Below are positions 59,928-64,000 of a stretch of 64,000 nt of DNA, one piece after another. Made by a program: the position numbers and the translations under genes. Location of the stretch: contig JAXSMZ010000001.1 in NCBI GenBank assembly GCA_037924335.1, forward strand, positions 11,911 through 75,910, written 5' to 3'. The notes below the pieces were generated by a model. That model saw only the letters and a list, made by a program, of their open reading frames with translations, made no database searches and was not told where the DNA came from. The stretch is from Aquificaceae bacterium. Its GTDB lineage: Bacteria > Aquificota > Aquificia > Aquificales > Aquificaceae. The first letter of the stretch is position 1. Each line of letters starts with the position of its first letter.

Positions 59928-61153
59928 CCAGTCCTCCTTAAAGATCTTATGTACCTCTTGTCCAAAACTTTTTCTTTCAGATACTTAACAAATAGAGCTC
60001 CGTGCGTTCCATTTACAGCTCTGTGGTCAAAAGTAAAGGTGAACTTTGCCTTTCTCTGCTCGTCTAAAGCACCCACCGAAACTATGCAGACCTGTCCGTA
60101 CGGTATTAAGGCATCAAAGGAAGATATGCCGTACATCCCCATATTGGATATGGTAAGGCTTCCGCCTTTTAGGTCTTCAAGGGTCAGCCTCCCTCCCTCA
60201 GCCCTTTCCTTCAACTCCCTTACCTCCTTTGCTATCTGAGCAAGCTCCTTCTTGTTGACCTTCTTTATAACTGGTGCATAGAGCTCATCTCCTACTGCTG
60301 TGGCTACACCAACGTTGGAATTTGGTGTTATAAGATAATGATCTTCTTTGACCTCTGCTCTTAGCCTTTCAAAGTATAACATGGCATCGCCCACTATCTT
60401 TACGAGCCAATGGGTCAAGGTTATATCCTTATCCCATGGTATGAGAGAAAGGTCTAACTCTTCGTATATTCTAAAGCTCGGGTTCTGTATACTCTTTGTT
60501 AAGTTTGATATGAGGCTCTTTTGAACGCTTGATATGGGCACTCTTTTGGGAATATCAAATTCTTCTATGTATTCCAGAAGCATATCTTCGTTTACCTTCT
60601 CTCCTTTGAAGTAGTCTGTAACCTTCTGAAGGTCAATCTCGTAATCCTTTAGCACCTCAAGGGCCTTTTTCGTAAAGTACCTTTCTGTAAGAAAGTTTTT
60701 CATATCCCTTTCATGCGCTGGAGAGGGCAGTCTTCCCTCCTTTTGAAGCTCTTCTATATCAAAGCCATACTGAGACGCTATGACTTTCGCATACGGAGAT
60801 GCCATACCTGGTGGAAGGGATATCCTCTCAACTGGTTTTACTTCAACCTTCTCTTCCTTTTTAGGCTTTACCTGTGGTTTTAGCTCTCCTTTCTCTGCTT
60901 TTGGAGGCCTCTCCTCTGTAAGCTCTATAAGGGCTATGGGTGTCTTGACTGGAACTTCTTCTCCTTCCTTCACTAAGACCTTCTTCAGAAGACCTTTTCT
61001 GAAGGATTGGAGGTCCATTACAGCCTTTTCTGCCTCTATCTCTGCTATGGTCTCCCCCTTTTCTACATAATCTCCCTCTTTCTTTAGCCATTTTACTATC
61101 TTACCCCTCTCCATAGTATCAGAGAACTGAGGCATTATAACTTCATAGTCCAT
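59924..61153 (-). CDS. pdhC: 2-oxoacid dehydrogenase E2 acyltransferase
   Basis: Lipoyl domain EAEKA, ASPYA binding domain, TISNMG, FDHRAVNG. Confidence 0.88.
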   Translation of the reverse strand: MDYEVIMPQFSDTMERGKIVKWLKKEGDYVEKGETIAEIEAEKAVMDLQSFRKGLLKKVLVKEGEEVPVKTPIALIELTEERPPKAEKGELKPQVKPKKEEKVEVKPVERISLPPGMASPYAKVIASQYGFDIEELQKEGRLPSPAHERDMKNFLTERYFTKKALEVLKDYEIDLQKVTDYFKGEKVNEDMLLEYIEEFDIPKRVPISSVQKSLISNLTKSIQNPSFRIYEELDLSLIPWDKDITLTHWLVKIVGDAMLYFERLRAEVKEDHYLITPNSNVGVATAVGDELYAPVIKKVNKKELAQIAKEVRELKERAEGGRLTLEDLKGGSLTISNMGMYGISSFDALIPYGQVCIVSVGALDEQRKAKFTFTFDHRAVNGTHGALFVKYLKEKVLDKRYIRSLRRTG

Positions 61154-62117
61154 GTCTTTCTCCCCATTCTCTTATCTGTTTGTATATCTTCTCGGGCGTG
61201 GGTATGCTTGCGAGTTCAAGCTTCCTGTTGTAAGGTATTGGAACTTCTTCTCCTGCTACCCTCAGCGGTGGAGCATCCAAAAAGTAAAAGAGCTCTTCGC
61301 TCACCCTTGCAGAGACTTCAGCCCCAAAGCCAAGACTTTTTGGAGCCTCGTAGACTAAAACGAGCCTTTTGGTCTTCCTGACAGAGGAGTATATGGCTTC
61401 AAAGTCTATGGGTCTTAAAGATAAGAGGTCTATAACCTCGCATGAGATGCCATCCCTTTCGAGCCACTCGCAGGCTTTCAGCACATCTTGGGTCATTTTC
61501 AAGTAGGAGATTATGGTTACATCTTCACCTTCTCTCAAGACCCTTGCATTGAAGGGGTTGAAGTTCTTGACCTCTCTGAATTCAAAGTCCATAGGGTAAA
61601 GAAGGGCGTGTTCCAAGAGTATTACTGGGTCATCAAGCTTTATGGCATAAAGCGTTGTGTAGTAAGCACTTGTAGAGTCAGAGGAGCAAAAGACATAAAG
61701 GCCTGGAATAGATGCAAACATATGCTCCAAGCTCTGGGAATGTTGTGCTGCCAGCTGTTTTCCAACCCCCTGCGGCATTCTTACAACAAGCGGAAGGGCT
61801 ATCTTCCCACCGCTCATGTACCTTAGCTTTGCCATGTTGTTAACTATCTGGTCCATGGCAAGCATAGAGAAGTTGGCCGTCATAATTTCTGCCACAGGTC
61901 TCAAACCGCACATGGCCATACCTATAGCCGTCCCAACTATGGAGTTTTCCGCTATTGGTGTATCTATAACCCTTCTTTCGCTGTACTTTGAATAGAGCCC
62001 ATCTGTGACTTTGTAATTTCCTCCGTAAAAACCTACGTCTTCACCGAGTATAACAACCCTGCCGTCGCTTTCCATAGCATGGTCTAAGGCAAGGTTTATG
62101 GCATCACGATACAACAT
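61143..62117 (-). CDS. pdhB: pyruvate dehydrogenase E1 beta
   Basis: GEDVG, DTPIAE, AAQHSQ, IDLLSLRP; start moved to ATG 62117. Confidence 0.9.
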   Translation of the reverse strand: MLYRDAINLALDHAMESDGRVVILGEDVGFYGGNYKVTDGLYSKYSERRVIDTPIAENSIVGTAIGMAMCGLRPVAEIMTANFSMLAMDQIVNNMAKLRYMSGGKIALPLVVRMPQGVGKQLAAQHSQSLEHMFASIPGLYVFCSSDSTSAYYTTLYAIKLDDPVILLEHALLYPMDFEFREVKNFNPFNARVLREGEDVTIISYLKMTQDVLKACEWLERDGISCEVIDLLSLRPIDFEAIYSSVRKTKRLVLVYEAPKSLGFGAEVSARVSEELFYFLDAPPLRVAGEEVPIPYNRKLELASIPTPEKIYKQIREWGERHGL

Positions 62118-63075
62118 CGGAACAAACCCCACAGTATATGTCCTTGTAGAGCTCATCTAAGTCTGGTTCTGATGAACTGATGGCAAACTGGACAGCCTCC
62201 TCTATGACCCTTTCTATTGCCTCATCTGTGGTTCTTATCCAATTTTCTGTAAGCCAACCCATCTTGATGGCTTTTGCTTTCAGATTCTCAATGGGGTCCT
62301 TCTTTTTGTAAGTTTCTATCTCCTTTGGAGACCTGTAATCTCCTTTGTCTGCCATAGAATGCCCCTCGTACCTGTATGTAAGAGCCTCTATGTAGAAAGG
62401 ACTCCCGTAGTTTTCTATGTGCTTTTTTGCCTCCTGAACGGCTTCGTAGACTTGAAAAACGTCCATGCCATCCACCTGTAAGTAAGGCATGTAATCCTTC
62501 GCCTTCATGTAAGTATCCCTAAAGGCTGAAACCCTGTCTATTCTTGTTCCTATAGCGTAGAAGTTGTTTTCACAGAGGAATAATACTGGAACTTTCCACA
62601 CTACAGCCAGATTTATGGCTTCAAAGAAACTACCACCGTTTGTTGCTCCATCCCCAAAAATGGCAAGAACTCCAGCCTTTTCTCCCATAAGCTTCCTTGC
62701 ATACGCTGCGCCTACAGCATGGGAAAGATGCGCTCCAACTATAGCGTTCCCTCCATAAAAATCAAGCTTGGGCTCATAGAGGTGCATAGACCCTCCCTTA
62801 CCCTTAGAAACACCCGTAACCTTCCCAAAAAGCTCAGCCATTATCAGCTTTGGGTCCATTCCTCTAGCAAGAGCAAGAACGTGCTCCCTGTACGGACAGA
62901 AAAGGTCCCCCTTCCCAAAGCCCAAAACTGCACCAACGCTTACAGCCTCCTGCCCTATGTCCAAGTGTAAGAACCCTCCGATGTTACCTTTCATATACTC
63001 CTCTTTTGCTCTTAGCTCTAACTCCCTACCCAGCTTCATGTAAAAGTAAAACTTTTCTGCAAGGCTCTGGCTCAT
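62104..63075 (-). CDS. pdhA: pyruvate dehydrogenase E1 alpha
   Basis: GFLHL..GQEA, GKGGSMH, GDGA..ENN ThDP motif, TYRYEGHS. Confidence 0.92.
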   Translation of the reverse strand: MSQSLAEKFYFYMKLGRELELRAKEEYMKGNIGGFLHLDIGQEAVSVGAVLGFGKGDLFCPYREHVLALARGMDPKLIMAELFGKVTGVSKGKGGSMHLYEPKLDFYGGNAIVGAHLSHAVGAAYARKLMGEKAGVLAIFGDGATNGGSFFEAINLAVVWKVPVLFLCENNFYAIGTRIDRVSAFRDTYMKAKDYMPYLQVDGMDVFQVYEAVQEAKKHIENYGSPFYIEALTYRYEGHSMADKGDYRSPKEIETYKKKDPIENLKAKAIKMGWLTENWIRTTDEAIERVIEEAVQFAISSSEPDLDELYKDIYCGVCSDVVS

Positions 63076-63087
63076 CGAATTACTATT

Positions 63088-63735
63088 TTAAAACACTTCT
63101 AACTTGGGATTGACTGGAAGGGAACCGTAAAGTGCACCCTCAACGATGACCTTCCTACCATTGACCTTTACCCTCCCTTCAGATATCCACCTTATAGTCT
63201 GAGGAAGTACTCTGTGCTCGTAATAGAGTATGCGTTCAGAGAGTGATTCTTCAGTATCGTCCTCAAGCACTGGAACGCAAGCTTGAACTATAACTGGACC
63301 GCTGTCTAGCTCCTCCGTTACAAAGTGGACCGTGCAACCTGTTATTTTTACCCCATACTCTATGGCTTGTTTCTGGGCATTCACTCCCCTAAAGGCTGGT
63401 GTCAGGGAAGGATGTATGTTTATTATTCTCATGGGAAAGCTTCTTATAAAGTACGGAGAAAGGATACGCATAAAACCAGCAAGGATAACAAGTTCTACAT
63501 CGGCCCTTTTTAGCTCATCAACCATAGCTTTCTCAAAATTCTCCTTTGAACTAAAACCCTTTCTCTCTACAACCTTGTATGGAACCCCATGCTTTATGCA
63601 CCTTTGTAAGGCTAAAGCCTCCCCTTTATCCGATATGACCAGCTCTATGCTGTCTTTGAGCTTTTTTGAACTTATAGCATCTATAATGGCCTGAAGGTTT
63701 GACCCTCTTCCAGATACTAAAACGCCCAGTTTCAT
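63088..63735 (-). CDS. purN: phosphoribosylglycinamide formyltransferase
   Basis: [36 protein letters not shown]. Confidence 0.97.
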   Translation of the reverse strand: MKLGVLVSGRGSNLQAIIDAISSKKLKDSIELVISDKGEALALQRCIKHGVPYKVVERKGFSSKENFEKAMVDELKRADVELVILAGFMRILSPYFIRSFPMRIINIHPSLTPAFRGVNAQKQAIEYGVKITGCTVHFVTEELDSGPVIVQACVPVLEDDTEESLSERILYYEHRVLPQTIRWISEGRVKVNGRKVIVEGALYGSLPVNPKLEVF

Positions 63736-63780
63736 GTTATGATAGTATACCCTATAAGTATTTACAGGAGGTTTTCAAGC

Positions 63781-64000
63781 ATGAACGTAGAATTTGTAGG
63801 AAAGGGTATCCTTTGGACAGATGCCATGAAGAGCTTTGTTGAAGGCAAGCTGGACAGGTTAAATAGATTTTTGAGGGAGGCTGAGGAAGACCAAGTAGAG
63901 GTTATTGTAACTCTTTCTACTACAAGGGCAAAGCAGAAGGATTTTGCTGGTGAAAGCAGGCCAACCATCTACAGAGTAGACATAGACATCTACCTGAGAA
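63781..64000 (+). CDS. hpf: ribosome hibernation promoting factor / RaiA, 5' part
   Basis: MNVEFVGKGILWTDAMKSFVEGKLDRL...; AGGAGG RBS; runs off the window. Confidence 0.75.
   Translation, partial: MNVEFVGKGILWTDAMKSFVEGKLDRLNRFLREAEEDQVEVIVTLSTTRAKQKDFAGESRPTIYRVDIDIYLR

Overview
Gene-dense chromosomal window from a member of the Aquificae (Hydrogenobacter/Thermocrinis-like, inferred from protein sequences and compact gene layout). It is mostly housekeeping genes: hslU, kdsB, lpxC/lpxA, pyrC, tyrA, glmU, glgB, miaA, rpiB, def, dnaA, hisS, trmFO, tsaD, cimA, a pyruvate dehydrogenase-type E1a/E1b/E2/E3 cluster and purN. There are also four tRNAs, molybdate and branched-chain-amino-acid-type ABC transporters, an OprC-like TonB receptor, and a two-component-regulated heavy-metal RND operon. 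The main non-obvious signal is a ~150-bp non-coding element present twice (4154-4300 on +, 17036-17192 on -). Both copies follow TTTTAC and contain an extended -10 promoter plus what looks like a miniaturised IS200/IS605 TnpB omega-RNA scaffold and right end; no tnpA or tnpB is in the window. One copy appears to have landed in codon 4 of glgB and now supplies its promoter and ribosome-binding site. A second candidate system is a sigma54 module: -24/-12 promoter, upstream palindrome, two DUF2173-like paralogues, an SCP2 protein and a Cys-rich PAS enhancer-binding protein, close to a globin-PsiE membrane protein. No CRISPR array, integrase or transposase ORF was seen. All family calls come from motif recognition by eye; no searches were run.
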